57,550 bases of DNA, taken from the NCBI GenBank assembly GCA_004214055.1, contig SGYT01000001.1, positions 1 to 57,550 on the forward strand, given 5' to 3'. Below, piece after piece: positions 1-9,996 of this stretch. Source of the stretch: Candidatus Actinomarinales bacterium (GTDB lineage Bacteria; Actinomycetota; Acidimicrobiia; Actinomarinales; Actinomarinaceae). Both the position numbers and the translations under genes were made by a program. Numbering within the stretch: the first letter of the stretch is position 1; each line of letters starts with the position of its first letter. The notes below the pieces were generated by a model. It searched no databases, was not told where the DNA came from, and was given only the letters and a program-made list of their open reading frames with translations.

Positions 1-78
1 TCCTAGTAGCGCTTTAACTTCCCCTTCATCAACAGAGATATTGATATCCTCTACACCTTTACCATTTTTGTATTTCAT
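1..78 (-). CDS. ABC transporter ATP-binding protein, first 26 codons only (continues past window start)
   Basis: The reverse strand from ATG 78..76 reads MKYKNGKGVEDINISVDEGEVKALLG. This is the strand that normally leads into the Walker A loop of ABC ATPases. The frame stays open to base 1. The fragment is too short for the ORF track. Confidence 0.4.
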   Translation of the reverse strand, partial: MKYKNGKGVEDINISVDEGEVKALLG

Positions 79-138
79 GGTTAAGTTTTTTATTTCTATC
101 ACAAAATTTATTATATATATCTTATTAAATTGTGATAA

Positions 139-273
139 CTATTCATTTGAATTCTCTTTATTTTGTTTATTTCTAAGCCAAGTTAAAAGAAGAGCTGGTA
201 CTAAAAACCAAAGTATCTCATCCCAACCACCTTGGTGTAATAAAACAGGAAGGGGTGTAATTTTTGAAATCAT
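139..273 (-). CDS. small hydrophobic protein (44 aa), candidate last cistron of the nuo operon
   Basis: Its ATG overlaps the nuoN stop (TAATG at 275..271). Translation is MISKITPLPVLLHQGGWDEILWFLVPALLLTWLRNKQNKENSNE: one predicted TM helix followed by a basic tail. The stop at 141..139 is followed directly by a stem-loop at 97..137. It is below the ORF-track size cut-off. Confidence 0.35.
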   Translation of the reverse strand: MISKITPLPVLLHQGGWDEILWFLVPALLLTWLRNKQNKENSNE

Positions 274-1745
274 TATAAATAGTTCTGTATCACCCAACGT
301 GAAATATTAATTAAAGAGTTTGGAAGCAAACCAAAGTAAATAGTGGCAAAAGAAAGAGCACTTAATGATAAGATTTGTGATCTCTTTAGGGTAATTCGTT
401 CTACTGGTGTTTCGGGTTTATCAATAGCAGCAACCCATATTGGTCTTAAATAGAAATAAAATCCTGCAACAGTTGAAAGCATTAGTATCACTACTAATGC
501 ATAGCTCTCGTAAGACCAGAGGTTTGTTATCAAAATAAATTTTGAAATAAAGCCACTAGTCAAAGGTATGCCTGCTAAACCAAGCATAAAAATACTAAAA
601 CAAATTGTTAAGAACTTATTCTCTACAAAGAGTCCTGATAAATTCTCAATTGAAAAATCTGATGAAAGTTTTCCACTAATTATGGTAAATATTGTAAATA
701 TTCCAATTAATTGAATTGTGTATGCGGTGATATAAAATAACGAAGCGCTCGTACCGTTCACACCAGAAACTATTCCAGAAAGTATAAATCCTGACTGAAT
801 AACACCACTATAAGCAATCAATCTTTTCATATCAGATTGAACTGTTGCAAAAAATGATCCAACAAAAATTGAAATAATTACTACAGCTAAGAAGAACAGT
901 TCAAAATTGTCCATAACATATCGCAATGAAACTATACATAATCTTGCTATTACAAGAAAGGAGGCAACCTTTGCAACTGATGCCATATATCCAACGTATC
1001 CAGTTGGAGACCCTTGATAAACATCTGGAGCCCATGATTGGAAAGGTGCAGCTGCAACTTTAAATAAAAGCCCAACAATTATAAAGAGGAAGCCAATAAA
1101 TGTAGTTAGTGGTACATTTTCAGCTCCGATATAAGGAATAGCAATTGCTGTATCGTAAAAACCTGATATTGAAAGTGATATATAGGCTAATGCAACTCCA
1201 TAGACTAGAACACATGAGGCAAGTGACCCAAGTAAGAAATATTTAAGTGCTGCCTCGTTGCTTAATAAATCTCCCCTATTTATTCCAGCTAATGCATAAA
1301 GACTTATTGAGCCAATCTCTAAACCAATAAAAAGCATCATAAAACTTTCAGAATCTACCATCAACATAAAACCTGATGCACTCATAAGAGCTAATATAAT
1401 TGCCTCTGTTGTTTTGTCTTTTAGCTGGTTAGATGTATTCCAAATTGGAGAAAAGTTAAATAGAAGTATTAATGAAATAAGGACATTTCCAAAAAGTGAA
1501 AACTCGTCAAGTAATATTTTCTCAGTAAAATATGAAGATATTCCATCGGTCAGAAATAATCCAAATTTTAAAAATACTGAAAATATTGTTAATAGAATAC
1601 CTCCGAATGTTATTGTTTTTTTAAGAAACTCAGATGTCTCAATTGTGATAGTGCAAAACAAAAGAACTAAAGCCGTTGCAACAAGTACTAGAGTTGGTCC
1701 TATAACAATAAGGTTGAAACCTATCGCCTCACTAATTGTACTCAA
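273..1745 (-). CDS. nuoN: NADH-quinone oxidoreductase subunit N
   Basis: 490-aa polytopic antiporter-like membrane protein. It holds the final position of a complete A-to-N gene order and overlaps nuoM by 4 nt. Confidence 0.9.
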   Translation of the reverse strand: MSTISEAIGFNLIVIGPTLVLVATALVLLFCTITIETSEFLKKTITFGGILLTIFSVFLKFGLFLTDGISSYFTEKILLDEFSLFGNVLISLILLFNFSPIWNTSNQLKDKTTEAIILALMSASGFMLMVDSESFMMLFIGLEIGSISLYALAGINRGDLLSNEAALKYFLLGSLASCVLVYGVALAYISLSISGFYDTAIAIPYIGAENVPLTTFIGFLFIIVGLLFKVAAAPFQSWAPDVYQGSPTGYVGYMASVAKVASFLVIARLCIVSLRYVMDNFELFFLAVVIISIFVGSFFATVQSDMKRLIAYSGVIQSGFILSGIVSGVNGTSASLFYITAYTIQLIGIFTIFTIISGKLSSDFSIENLSGLFVENKFLTICFSIFMLGLAGIPLTSGFISKFILITNLWSYESYALVVILMLSTVAGFYFYLRPIWVAAIDKPETPVERITLKRSQILSLSALSFATIYFGLLPNSLINISRWVIQNYL

Positions 1746-3232
1746 TTTAACCTCCCACTAAAAATATCTATAATTTCAGAGATAAGTAATGCATCTTGGG
1801 TTACATAGCCCTCTATAAAGCTTGGATAAATTCCAATAAACAACATTAAAACTAATAATGGAACAACGGAGATCATTTCTTTTGAATCTAAGTCAACAAG
1901 TTCTTTATTTTCTTGTATAGAGATCTCTCCTGTAAACATTCTTTGATAAGCCCAAAGCATATATATTGCTGCGAGAACAACTCCGAATGCACCTATTCCA
2001 GTTAACACTTTATATGTAGCAAAACTACCCATAAGTATCATGAACTCTCCAACAAAACCATTTAATCCTGGAAGACCAATAGATGCAAACGAGCAAAACA
2101 AAAATATTCCCGCATACTTCGGCATTGTTGCCTTTATTCCTCCAAAATCTGAAATTCTTCTTGTGTGGCGCCTCTCATAGAGAAAGCCTACAAGCATAAA
2201 TAATGCCCCCGTTGTAAGGCCGTGATTTACCATCTGAATAATTGCACCTTCTAAACTTAAATAATTACCAGCTGATATACCAAGCATTACAAATCCCATA
2301 TGGCTTACTGATGAATAAGCAATGAGTCTCTTAATATCTATCTGAGCAATCGCTACAATTGCTCCATAAATAATCCCTATTACAGATAAAACAGCGATTA
2401 AGAATTTAAATTCTAAAAAACCTTCAGTAAAAAATGGGATGGAAACCCTTAATATCCCATAAGCTCCAACTTTTAATAAAACTCCAGCCAATAAAATACT
2501 CCCGGCAGTAGGCGCTTCAACGTGGGCATCTGGTAACCAAGTATGGAGAGGAAATATTGGTACCTTAATTAAGAAACCAAAAGTAAACATTAAAAACAAT
2601 ACTCTTGATTGCTCTGCAGTAAAGGTAAGGGTGGATAAAGTTACAAAATCAAGAGCTAATCTGCCTGTTGTTCCATAGCTTATTACGCCTGCATATACGG
2701 TTCCAATAAATATAAACACTGAACCAAATACTGTGTAAATAATAAATTTAATTGTTGCATACTTTCTATTTTCTCCACCCCATATCCCCATTAAGAAATA
2801 CATTGGAATAAGCAAAGCTTCAAAGAATATAAATAATGAAAGAAGGTCTCCGCTCAAGAAAACACCGTTAACCGCAAAATGTAAAACAAGTATTGAGCCA
2901 ATAAATCCTTTACTTTCAGAATATTTTTTACTCACTGATAGAAATGAAAGCAACATTAATACCGCTGTTAAGAAAAGAAGCAATAAAGACATCCCAGATA
3001 TGCCAAAAGTTAAACTAATCCCATATGATTTTATCCAATCAATTGTATGTATATTTACAAACGAACCTTTTGATTGAGAATTTGTAAATAGGTACATACA
3101 AAGACCGAATGGAATAATACTTAAAAATATTGCAATTGGCCTAAAGAGTTCTGATCTACTTTTGGGCATCATAAAGATTACCAAAGACCCAATAAGTGGA
3201 AACAACATAAGGGTATAAATTAAAGCACTCAT
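1742..3232 (-). CDS. nuoM: NADH-quinone oxidoreductase subunit M
   Basis: 496-aa antiporter-like subunit with the WLPDAHVEAPTAGS motif. It is placed between nuoL and nuoN. Confidence 0.93.
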   Translation of the reverse strand: MSALIYTLMLFPLIGSLVIFMMPKSRSELFRPIAIFLSIIPFGLCMYLFTNSQSKGSFVNIHTIDWIKSYGISLTFGISGMSLLLLFLTAVLMLLSFLSVSKKYSESKGFIGSILVLHFAVNGVFLSGDLLSLFIFFEALLIPMYFLMGIWGGENRKYATIKFIIYTVFGSVFIFIGTVYAGVISYGTTGRLALDFVTLSTLTFTAEQSRVLFLMFTFGFLIKVPIFPLHTWLPDAHVEAPTAGSILLAGVLLKVGAYGILRVSIPFFTEGFLEFKFLIAVLSVIGIIYGAIVAIAQIDIKRLIAYSSVSHMGFVMLGISAGNYLSLEGAIIQMVNHGLTTGALFMLVGFLYERRHTRRISDFGGIKATMPKYAGIFLFCSFASIGLPGLNGFVGEFMILMGSFATYKVLTGIGAFGVVLAAIYMLWAYQRMFTGEISIQENKELVDLDSKEMISVVPLLVLMLFIGIYPSFIEGYVTQDALLISEIIDIFSGRLN

Positions 3233-5118
3233 AGCGCAATCAAAGGTGTAGCTATAAATAATGAAATAAGTAGAAGTAAAAATAATCCAAAATATACAAC
3301 ATAGTTTCTAACAAATCCTGATTGCGTTACTGAAACTATTTTTGAAGACTTGTAGAAAAAACTGGATACTCCATTAACGAAACCATCAATTACCAGGCCA
3401 TCAATTACTACAGCAACTTTCCTCACTAATGATTTAGGTATTTGTACAAAAAGTGTATGTCCAACTTTATTTAAATATAAAACATTTGATGACAAGCCCT
3501 TTACTTCTTTTATGAAAGGAATTTCAAATTTAAAATAGGAAAATATATCTATAATATATACCAAATATGCCAACCCTAGTCCTGTAAATCCTGCTCCAAT
3601 TGATATCAAAGCAAGAATTACCACAGCTATTCCCTCTGGTAGGTGAGTTACTTCTACATCAAGTAATGTGTAATGTAGGACTTTTTCTAATCCGTGGAAA
3701 AATGGTGTATTTATAAAACCTATAAATATAGAAAATATACCTAATAGTAATAATGGTCTAGTCATCATTTTTGGTGCTTCATGCACATCATCAATCTTAT
3801 TTATTGGTTCTTTATGAAAAATTAATAACCAATGTCTGCCCATATAAAAAGCTGTCATAAATGCTGCAAGTAGTGAGAGTGCCCAAAATACATAATAAAT
3901 TCCACCATTAGCGAAAGTAGAAGCAAGAATTTCATCTTTAGACCAGAAACCTGCAAGTGGAGGTATTCCTGAAATTGCTAAAGTTCCTATGCCCATCATT
4001 GCTGCGGTCATTGGCATTTTTTTCTTCAAACCACCCATCTTTTGAATATTTTGTTCATGATGCATTTCATGTATTACAGCACCAGCACCTAGGAAAAGTA
4101 ATGCTTTGAAAAATGCGTGTGTTACTAAGTGAAAAATTGCTGCAACATATGCGCCTGCCCCAATTGCTATAAACATAAATCCCAACTGTGAGATTGTTGA
4201 GTATGCAAGCACCTTTTTAATATCATCCTGATTTATTGCAGCAAAAGCTGAAATTAAAGCTGTTAATAGACCAATACTTATAATTAATATACTTGATAAC
4301 TCTGAGAACTGTAATAGCGGAGAAATTCGAACCAGCATGAAAACACCAGCTGTTACCATTGTTGCAGCATGTATTAAAGCACTTGCAGGAGTTGGCCCTT
4401 CCATAGCATCTGGTAACCAGCTAAATAATGGAAATTGTGCTGATTTTCCAAAAGCCCCAATCATGAGAAAGACAACAATAAGGTCTAAATTTTCAGGCTG
4501 ATTTATTAATGTTGTTGCAAATACTTTTTTAAATGAAAATGTATCATATGTATTTAATATCATCATTAAAGCAATCAAAAAACCAAAATCTCCAATTCGA
4601 TTTAATACGAATGCTTTATTTCCAGCTTTAGCTGCTTTTTTCTTCTCAGACCAAAAAGAGATTAGTAAATAAGAACTCAAGCCGACAAGCTCCCAACCAA
4701 AGAACATAACTAGAAAGTTAGCTGACATAACTAACAGAAGCATTGAGAATACAAAGAAATTAAAATATACAAAATATTTAACATATCTAGGATCACCACT
4801 CATGTATGAGGTAGAAAATATTTGTATTACCAAACCTAAGCCAGTAACTAAAAGCATCATTGTTCCTGATAAACCATCAAGAAGGAATTCAAACATTATT
4901 TCTGGATCAGGAAACCATGTATATAACTTTAAAGAAATTGGTTTAAATTTATCTAAGAGTAGAAATCCAAACATAAATAGTGAGATTGAAAATGATAAGA
5001 GAGCACCATTTATGGTTATAAAAGTTGTCAGTCTTTCATCCAGTAATGTAGAGATAGAATTTAAAAATATCGAAACCATCAAGGGGATAAAAACAACTAC
5101 TAATAGAATGTATTCCAT
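3229..5118 (-). CDS. nuoL: NADH-quinone oxidoreductase subunit L
   Basis: 629 aa with the WLPDAMEGPTPASALIHAATMVTAG motif and a long C-terminal extension typical of the NuoL lateral helix. Confidence 0.93.
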   Translation of the reverse strand: MEYILLVVVFIPLMVSIFLNSISTLLDERLTTFITINGALLSFSISLFMFGFLLLDKFKPISLKLYTWFPDPEIMFEFLLDGLSGTMMLLVTGLGLVIQIFSTSYMSGDPRYVKYFVYFNFFVFSMLLLVMSANFLVMFFGWELVGLSSYLLISFWSEKKKAAKAGNKAFVLNRIGDFGFLIALMMILNTYDTFSFKKVFATTLINQPENLDLIVVFLMIGAFGKSAQFPLFSWLPDAMEGPTPASALIHAATMVTAGVFMLVRISPLLQFSELSSILIISIGLLTALISAFAAINQDDIKKVLAYSTISQLGFMFIAIGAGAYVAAIFHLVTHAFFKALLFLGAGAVIHEMHHEQNIQKMGGLKKKMPMTAAMMGIGTLAISGIPPLAGFWSKDEILASTFANGGIYYVFWALSLLAAFMTAFYMGRHWLLIFHKEPINKIDDVHEAPKMMTRPLLLLGIFSIFIGFINTPFFHGLEKVLHYTLLDVEVTHLPEGIAVVILALISIGAGFTGLGLAYLVYIIDIFSYFKFEIPFIKEVKGLSSNVLYLNKVGHTLFVQIPKSLVRKVAVVIDGLVIDGFVNGVSSFFYKSSKIVSVTQSGFVRNYVVYFGLFLLLLISLFIATPLIAL

Positions 5119-5120
5119 TA

Positions 5121-5432
5121 TTACCCTTTCGAAGACCTCAAAATATCAACAGATGCTGTTTCCTGCTTCTTAAAAATAGAAACAATTATTGCTAAACCTA
5201 CAACCACTTCAGCCGCTGCGACTACAAGAACAAAAAATACAGCAACCTGTGCATCAATAGTTCCAAAGTGTTTTGATGCTGTAATAAAAGTTAAATTTAC
5301 TGCATTAAGCATAAGCTCAATACACATAAACATTATTAAGGCATTTCTTCTAACCATCATTCCGATGAAGCCAATAGAAAATAATAAGGCACCTAAAGAT
5401 AAATACCAGTCAGTTGTTACTTCAATCATCAT
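5121..5432 (-). CDS. nuoK: NADH-quinone oxidoreductase subunit K
   Basis: 103-aa three-TM protein in the canonical slot between nuoJ and nuoL. Confidence 0.92.
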   Translation of the reverse strand: MMIEVTTDWYLSLGALLFSIGFIGMMVRRNALIMFMCIELMLNAVNLTFITASKHFGTIDAQVAVFFVLVVAAAEVVVGLAIIVSIFKKQETASVDILRSSKG

Positions 5433-5952
5433 CTTTCCTTGGTGTTTTAGTATCGTAAGCTAAGGCAATTGCAGCTGTAGCAGCAACGATCAAAAGTATT
5501 GATATAACTTCAAATGGAAAAACCCAGCCTGTAAATAGGGTTGATGCAATTAAGTCAGGAGTGCCTTCAATACTATATTCAACAGCAGGAAACCATAAAT
5601 CCCATTTAAATCCTGAGTTGATAACTACATAAGTGAGTAAAGATCCAAGTAAAATTAATGTTCCTAAGACAAGAAAAGTTTGACCTTTTATTTCTTCTTT
5701 AGTTTGTTCAGCTTTATCAACACCTATCATCATTATTACAAATAAGAAAAGTGTCATTACTGCTCCCGCATAAACTAACATTTGCACCATCGCAACAAAT
5801 GTTGCGTTTAATGTTATGTAAACAACAGCTAAAGAAGCAAGAGTGAGAACTAACCCCATTGAGTTATGTACTGGATTTTTTGCAAATATAACAATTAATG
5901 CACCTGCTAAAACAAAAAGGGCGGGTATGGCAAATAAAATTAAATCTAACAT
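5422..5952 (-). CDS. nuoJ: NADH-quinone oxidoreductase subunit J
   Basis: 176-aa membrane protein in the canonical slot. It overlaps nuoK by 11 nt. Confidence 0.9.
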   Translation of the reverse strand: MLDLILFAIPALFVLAGALIVIFAKNPVHNSMGLVLTLASLAVVYITLNATFVAMVQMLVYAGAVMTLFLFVIMMIGVDKAEQTKEEIKGQTFLVLGTLILLGSLLTYVVINSGFKWDLWFPAVEYSIEGTPDLIASTLFTGWVFPFEVISILLIVAATAAIALAYDTKTPRKDDD

Positions 5953-5953
5953 A

Positions 5954-6568
5954 TTACTCTTCTTCTAATGATTGACCTTTTTCAGGGTCTTTTTTCCCTA
6001 CACCTAAAGAGCCTGTCCACCCAATGGTGTTTTGAAAATCTGGATCTCCACTTGATGAGGTTGCTCTCATCCACCCATCAGAAGTCTTTAATTCTTCTGG
6101 ATTAGTTAATTTTGTTTGTTCCTCGTGTGTATTAGGTTCTCCCTCATCATTTACTAGCAGTACATCCTTATCAAAAACTGCTTCTGATCTGTTTGCAACA
6201 CTCATTTCAAACAAAGATGTCATAGTAATTGCCTCTGTTGGACATGCTTCAACACATAGAGCACAATAAATACACCTCAACATGTTAATTTCATAAATAA
6301 AGCCATATCTTTCACCGGGGCTAACTGGATTGTCTTCAGGGTTGTCTTCTCCTCTAACATAGATACATTGAGCTGGGCATGCACCTGCGCAAAGTTCACA
6401 ACCAATACATTTCTCCATGCCATCTTCATATTTGTTTAATACATGTCTACCGTGGAATCGTTGTGGTTTCTCTCTAAATTCTTTTGGATATTTGTCTGTT
6501 ACAGACTTTCTAAATAACTCTTTAAAAGTTACTTTTAATCCTTTTAGTAAATCGTATCCAAAGCTCAT
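5954..6568 (-). CDS. nuoI: NADH-quinone oxidoreductase subunit I (2x[4Fe-4S] ferredoxin-like)
   Basis: Carries two CxxCxxCxxxCP motifs (CIGCELCAGACP, CIYCALCVEACP). I chose the ATG at 6568 (MSFGYDLLKG) because GGAG lies about 11 nt upstream and it avoids overlap with nuoH. The ORF track's upstream ATG at 6595 is the alternative start. Confidence 0.9.
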   Translation of the reverse strand: MSFGYDLLKGLKVTFKELFRKSVTDKYPKEFREKPQRFHGRHVLNKYEDGMEKCIGCELCAGACPAQCIYVRGEDNPEDNPVSPGERYGFIYEINMLRCIYCALCVEACPTEAITMTSLFEMSVANRSEAVFDKDVLLVNDEGEPNTHEEQTKLTNPEELKTSDGWMRATSSSGDPDFQNTIGWTGSLGVGKKDPEKGQSLEEE

Positions 6569-6575
6569 AATTTTT

Positions 6576-7673
6576 TTAACTCCATGGCAAACCAAACTCT
6601 CTTATCCCTAAAACAATCGAACTTAAAAGAAGCCATATAAGTGATATTGGTATCATTCTTTTCCAACCTAACTCCATTAATTGGTCGTATCTTAAACGAG
6701 GTAGAGTTGCCCTAATCCATACATAAATAAATAAAAGACCAAATGTTTTTACACCAAGCCAAAAAGCAGGCATTAGTGCTGAAATTAGTGGAGGTAAAAA
6801 GTTTGAAAATGTTGGACCTAGCCATCCTCCCAAGAAAAATGTTGCTGTAACTGCACACATATTAAACATATTTATGTATTCAGCCAGGAAAAACATAGCA
6901 AACCTAAATCCCGAATACTCCGTATGAAAACCTCCTACTAGTTCTTGTTCCGCCTCAACAAGATCAAATGGTGCCCTATTTACTTCTGCAATTGATGCTA
7001 CAAAAAATATTACAAAAGCTACAAATTGAGGGAATATATTCCAATTTGGTATAAAACTTACTATTGCGTCTAAAAATGGTATCGGACTTGATAGGTGACC
7101 ATCCTGACTTTTAACTATTTCTGTCATTGACATTGACCCAGAATATAAAATTACTGGTACGAGTGAAAGACCCATCGCTGCTTCATAAGAAATCATTTGA
7201 GCTGATGCTCTAACGCCTCCTAGGAGAGGGTATTTTGATCCTGAAGACCAACCAGCAAGTACAACGCTATAAACTGCTATAGATGAAAGTGCAAGAAAAA
7301 ATAAAACACCTACATTCAAGTCAGCACCAACTAGAGGGACTCTAATGCTCTGTCCCTTTATTTCTATATCAATATCTGGACCTAAAGGGATAATCATAAA
7401 TATTAAAAATGAAGGCACTAATGCAAGTATTGGAGCCAAAATATACATAGCCCTATCAGCTTTAAGAGGCATGATTTGCTCTTTTAGTAAAAGCTTTATA
7501 GCGTCGGCAAGTGTTTGTAAAATCCCAAAGGGTCCCGCTCTATCTGGACCAACTCGTGATTGCATCCCTGCAACAACTTTTCTTTCTAACCAAATTAATA
7601 GGATTGTATTGGTTAGTAGTAAACCTAAGATTAAAAAAGCTTTAACAAGAGAGATAATTATATCAATTGACAT
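6576..7673 (-). CDS. nuoH: NADH-quinone oxidoreductase subunit H
   Basis: 365-aa polytopic protein carrying the ND1/NuoH signature region (EAEQELVGGFHTEYSG). Confidence 0.93.
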   Translation of the reverse strand: MSIDIIISLVKAFLILGLLLTNTILLIWLERKVVAGMQSRVGPDRAGPFGILQTLADAIKLLLKEQIMPLKADRAMYILAPILALVPSFLIFMIIPLGPDIDIEIKGQSIRVPLVGADLNVGVLFFLALSSIAVYSVVLAGWSSGSKYPLLGGVRASAQMISYEAAMGLSLVPVILYSGSMSMTEIVKSQDGHLSSPIPFLDAIVSFIPNWNIFPQFVAFVIFFVASIAEVNRAPFDLVEAEQELVGGFHTEYSGFRFAMFFLAEYINMFNMCAVTATFFLGGWLGPTFSNFLPPLISALMPAFWLGVKTFGLLFIYVWIRATLPRLRYDQLMELGWKRMIPISLIWLLLSSIVLGIREFGLPWS

Positions 7674-9996
7674 TTAATTCCTCTCTATTTTTTGCTTCAG
7701 TAATATTAAAATCTAAACTTGGATCTATATCTTCAAAGCCTCTCCTATTAATTGGTGCTATCACTAGATCATCTGGTAAATACTCATTTATTTCTATGTT
7801 TATCAATATTGAATTAGGGCCTTGAATAAAATTGCCTACTTTTGAATTAATTCCATATTTCTTTGCAGTTGTTGAGTTTAATTCAATAAATTTGTGGGCA
7901 CCCAACATTGAAATAGAAGGAGAATTTATTTGAGTACTTGAATCCCCATAAAGTCTTCTAACCATTAATAAAGAGAAGTTATCCTCTTTAAGGTCTTTAA
8001 TATTAATATTTATATCTTTTTTGTTTAGAACCCCAAATAGGTTGCTTGGCTTGTTTAAATTGTCAAAAGTTGGTACTTTTTCTTGATTTTTGTATTGTTC
8101 ACTTAAATAATTATTAATTTCAATTTCATTTTTGTAATTAACATTCTCTCCGAGGACATTTAAGATACTTACTAGGTATTCCCATTCAGATAATGTTGAA
8201 CCAGGGGCAGGGAGTATTTTATTCTGTTTCATTACTCTCATTTCCATATTTGTTACTGTTCCCTCTTTCTCTCCTAGAGAAGTCGTAGGAAGTATCAGGT
8301 CTGCTAATTCTGTTGTTTCATTGACAAATAAATCTAATGAAATTACAAAATCTGAAGCAATTAAATTTTCCTTAATTTTCTGAGAAAAATATGATGAATT
8401 TACTGGGTTAACTCCAATTGTAAATACAATATTTTTAGCATTAGTATCAAATTCATTACAAAACTCATTTAAGCCTTTTACTTCATCTATATTTTGCAAG
8501 GCTCCAAAAGTATTCCCCTTGCTAAAAGAATTAAAGACTTTTAACTCAGCTTTCTCATTTAAGTAATTAATTAACTTATCCAATGATTCTTTTTTTTGAA
8601 AAACTGTAGATTTACCGGTAATAACTGTTACCTTTTTCCCTTCAATGTTATTTTTCAAATCTTCAATTTCATTTGGATTTCGAATTAATTCAAATTTATT
8701 AGAAACTATGTCCTTCCCAAAATAAAAATCAGCAAGGCCTGCTATTGCTGTATTGGTGTGTCCAAATACTATTAATTTAGAACCATTCTTGACTGCTTTT
8801 TTAATTCTTAAATAAAGAATAGGTAAATTGTCTTTAATGTCTTCAGCCCAAACAACTATTGTTTCTGAGCTATCTAGGTCTTCCAGTTTTGCTTGAGAGT
8901 ATTGGTCTCCAAAATAGCCCTCAAATAAAAGGTCATCCCCAAAATAAATGTTCGAACTATCCTTGCTTAGAAATTTATCTTTATTTAAATAATTAGCTAT
9001 TTCATTAATTACAAAATATTCTTCATTAGTACTACTAGAACCTAGTATGAATTTAATATTCGGATTATCTAACTCAGCAATTTTATTTTTAATCATTTCT
9101 GTAGCATCAGAGATAGATATTTTACTAAAAGAGTCCTCCTCCTTACTTAGAATATTTAGTACCCTATTTTCAGAATGAAGATAATCAAAATTATATCTAC
9201 CTTTATCTGAAAGCCACCCCTGGTTTGTAAATTCATTATCTTCACCCAATATTCTTAGCATTTTATTTTGTGAAGTGTTTAATTCAATAGAGCAACCTAC
9301 AGAGCAACAATTACATGTTGAAGAAACTTTTTTCAAATCCCATGGTCTAGCTTTAAATCTATATGATGTTGAAGTTAATGCCCCTACAGGACAAATTTGG
9401 ACAGTATTGCCTGAGAAGTATGACCTAAAAGGTTCGTCAGGAAATGTATTAACTTCCGTTTTATTACCCCGCTGTATAAATTCAATTAATGGATCGCCTG
9501 AAATTTCATCAGAGAACCTTGTACACCTTGCACAAAGAATACACCTCTCCCTGTCGAGAAGTATTATCTCAGAAATTGGGATTGGCTTCTCAAAGTGTCT
9601 TTTCTCTTCAACAAATCTTGATTCTCCTGGACCGTATGCCATTGTTTGGTCCTGAAGTGGACATTCCCCTGCTTTGTCGCAAACAGGACAATCAAGGGGG
9701 TGGTTAATCAATAAAAATTCTAAAATACCTTCTTGAGCTTTAGTAACTACTGCAGATTCTGTATCAACTACAAGATCTTCTGTTATTTCTGTTGTGCATG
9801 AAGGGACTAAGGCTTTACCTCTTGGTGTTTCAACTTCAACAAGACACATCCTACACATACCAACTGGATCTAATCTTTTATGCCAACAAAATCTTGGTAT
9901 ATGAATGCCAGACTTTTCACAAGCTTCGATCAATAACTCACCCGATTTAGCTTCAAGCTCATTCCCATTTACTGTAAACTTTATATTTTCAGTCAT
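7663..9996 (-). CDS. nuoG: NADH-quinone oxidoreductase subunit G
   Basis: The N-terminus has 2Fe-2S and 4Fe-4S cysteine clusters (CWHKRLDPVGMCRMC, HPLDCPVCDKAGEC, CILCARCTRF). A molybdopterin-oxidoreductase-like body follows. Confidence 0.92.
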   Translation of the reverse strand: MTENIKFTVNGNELEAKSGELLIEACEKSGIHIPRFCWHKRLDPVGMCRMCLVEVETPRGKALVPSCTTEITEDLVVDTESAVVTKAQEGILEFLLINHPLDCPVCDKAGECPLQDQTMAYGPGESRFVEEKRHFEKPIPISEIILLDRERCILCARCTRFSDEISGDPLIEFIQRGNKTEVNTFPDEPFRSYFSGNTVQICPVGALTSTSYRFKARPWDLKKVSSTCNCCSVGCSIELNTSQNKMLRILGEDNEFTNQGWLSDKGRYNFDYLHSENRVLNILSKEEDSFSKISISDATEMIKNKIAELDNPNIKFILGSSSTNEEYFVINEIANYLNKDKFLSKDSSNIYFGDDLLFEGYFGDQYSQAKLEDLDSSETIVVWAEDIKDNLPILYLRIKKAVKNGSKLIVFGHTNTAIAGLADFYFGKDIVSNKFELIRNPNEIEDLKNNIEGKKVTVITGKSTVFQKKESLDKLINYLNEKAELKVFNSFSKGNTFGALQNIDEVKGLNEFCNEFDTNAKNIVFTIGVNPVNSSYFSQKIKENLIASDFVISLDLFVNETTELADLILPTTSLGEKEGTVTNMEMRVMKQNKILPAPGSTLSEWEYLVSILNVLGENVNYKNEIEINNYLSEQYKNQEKVPTFDNLNKPSNLFGVLNKKDININIKDLKEDNFSLLMVRRLYGDSSTQINSPSISMLGAHKFIELNSTTAKKYGINSKVGNFIQGPNSILINIEINEYLPDDLVIAPINRRGFEDIDPSLDFNITEAKNREELNVN

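Noticed and set aside
128-147. TTGTGATAACTATTCATTTG as a degenerate Rex site upstream of the ABC gene
   Set aside because: The second half-site matches poorly at either 4- or 5-nt spacing. The TTGTGATA is better explained as the right arm of the 97..137 stem-loop.
41-310. 89-aa plus-strand ORF at the window start
   Set aside because: It runs antisense to the nuoN 3' end, the small coupled ORF and the start of the ABC gene. Its composition is Phe/Ile/Ser-rich shadow-frame type, and it has no SD.
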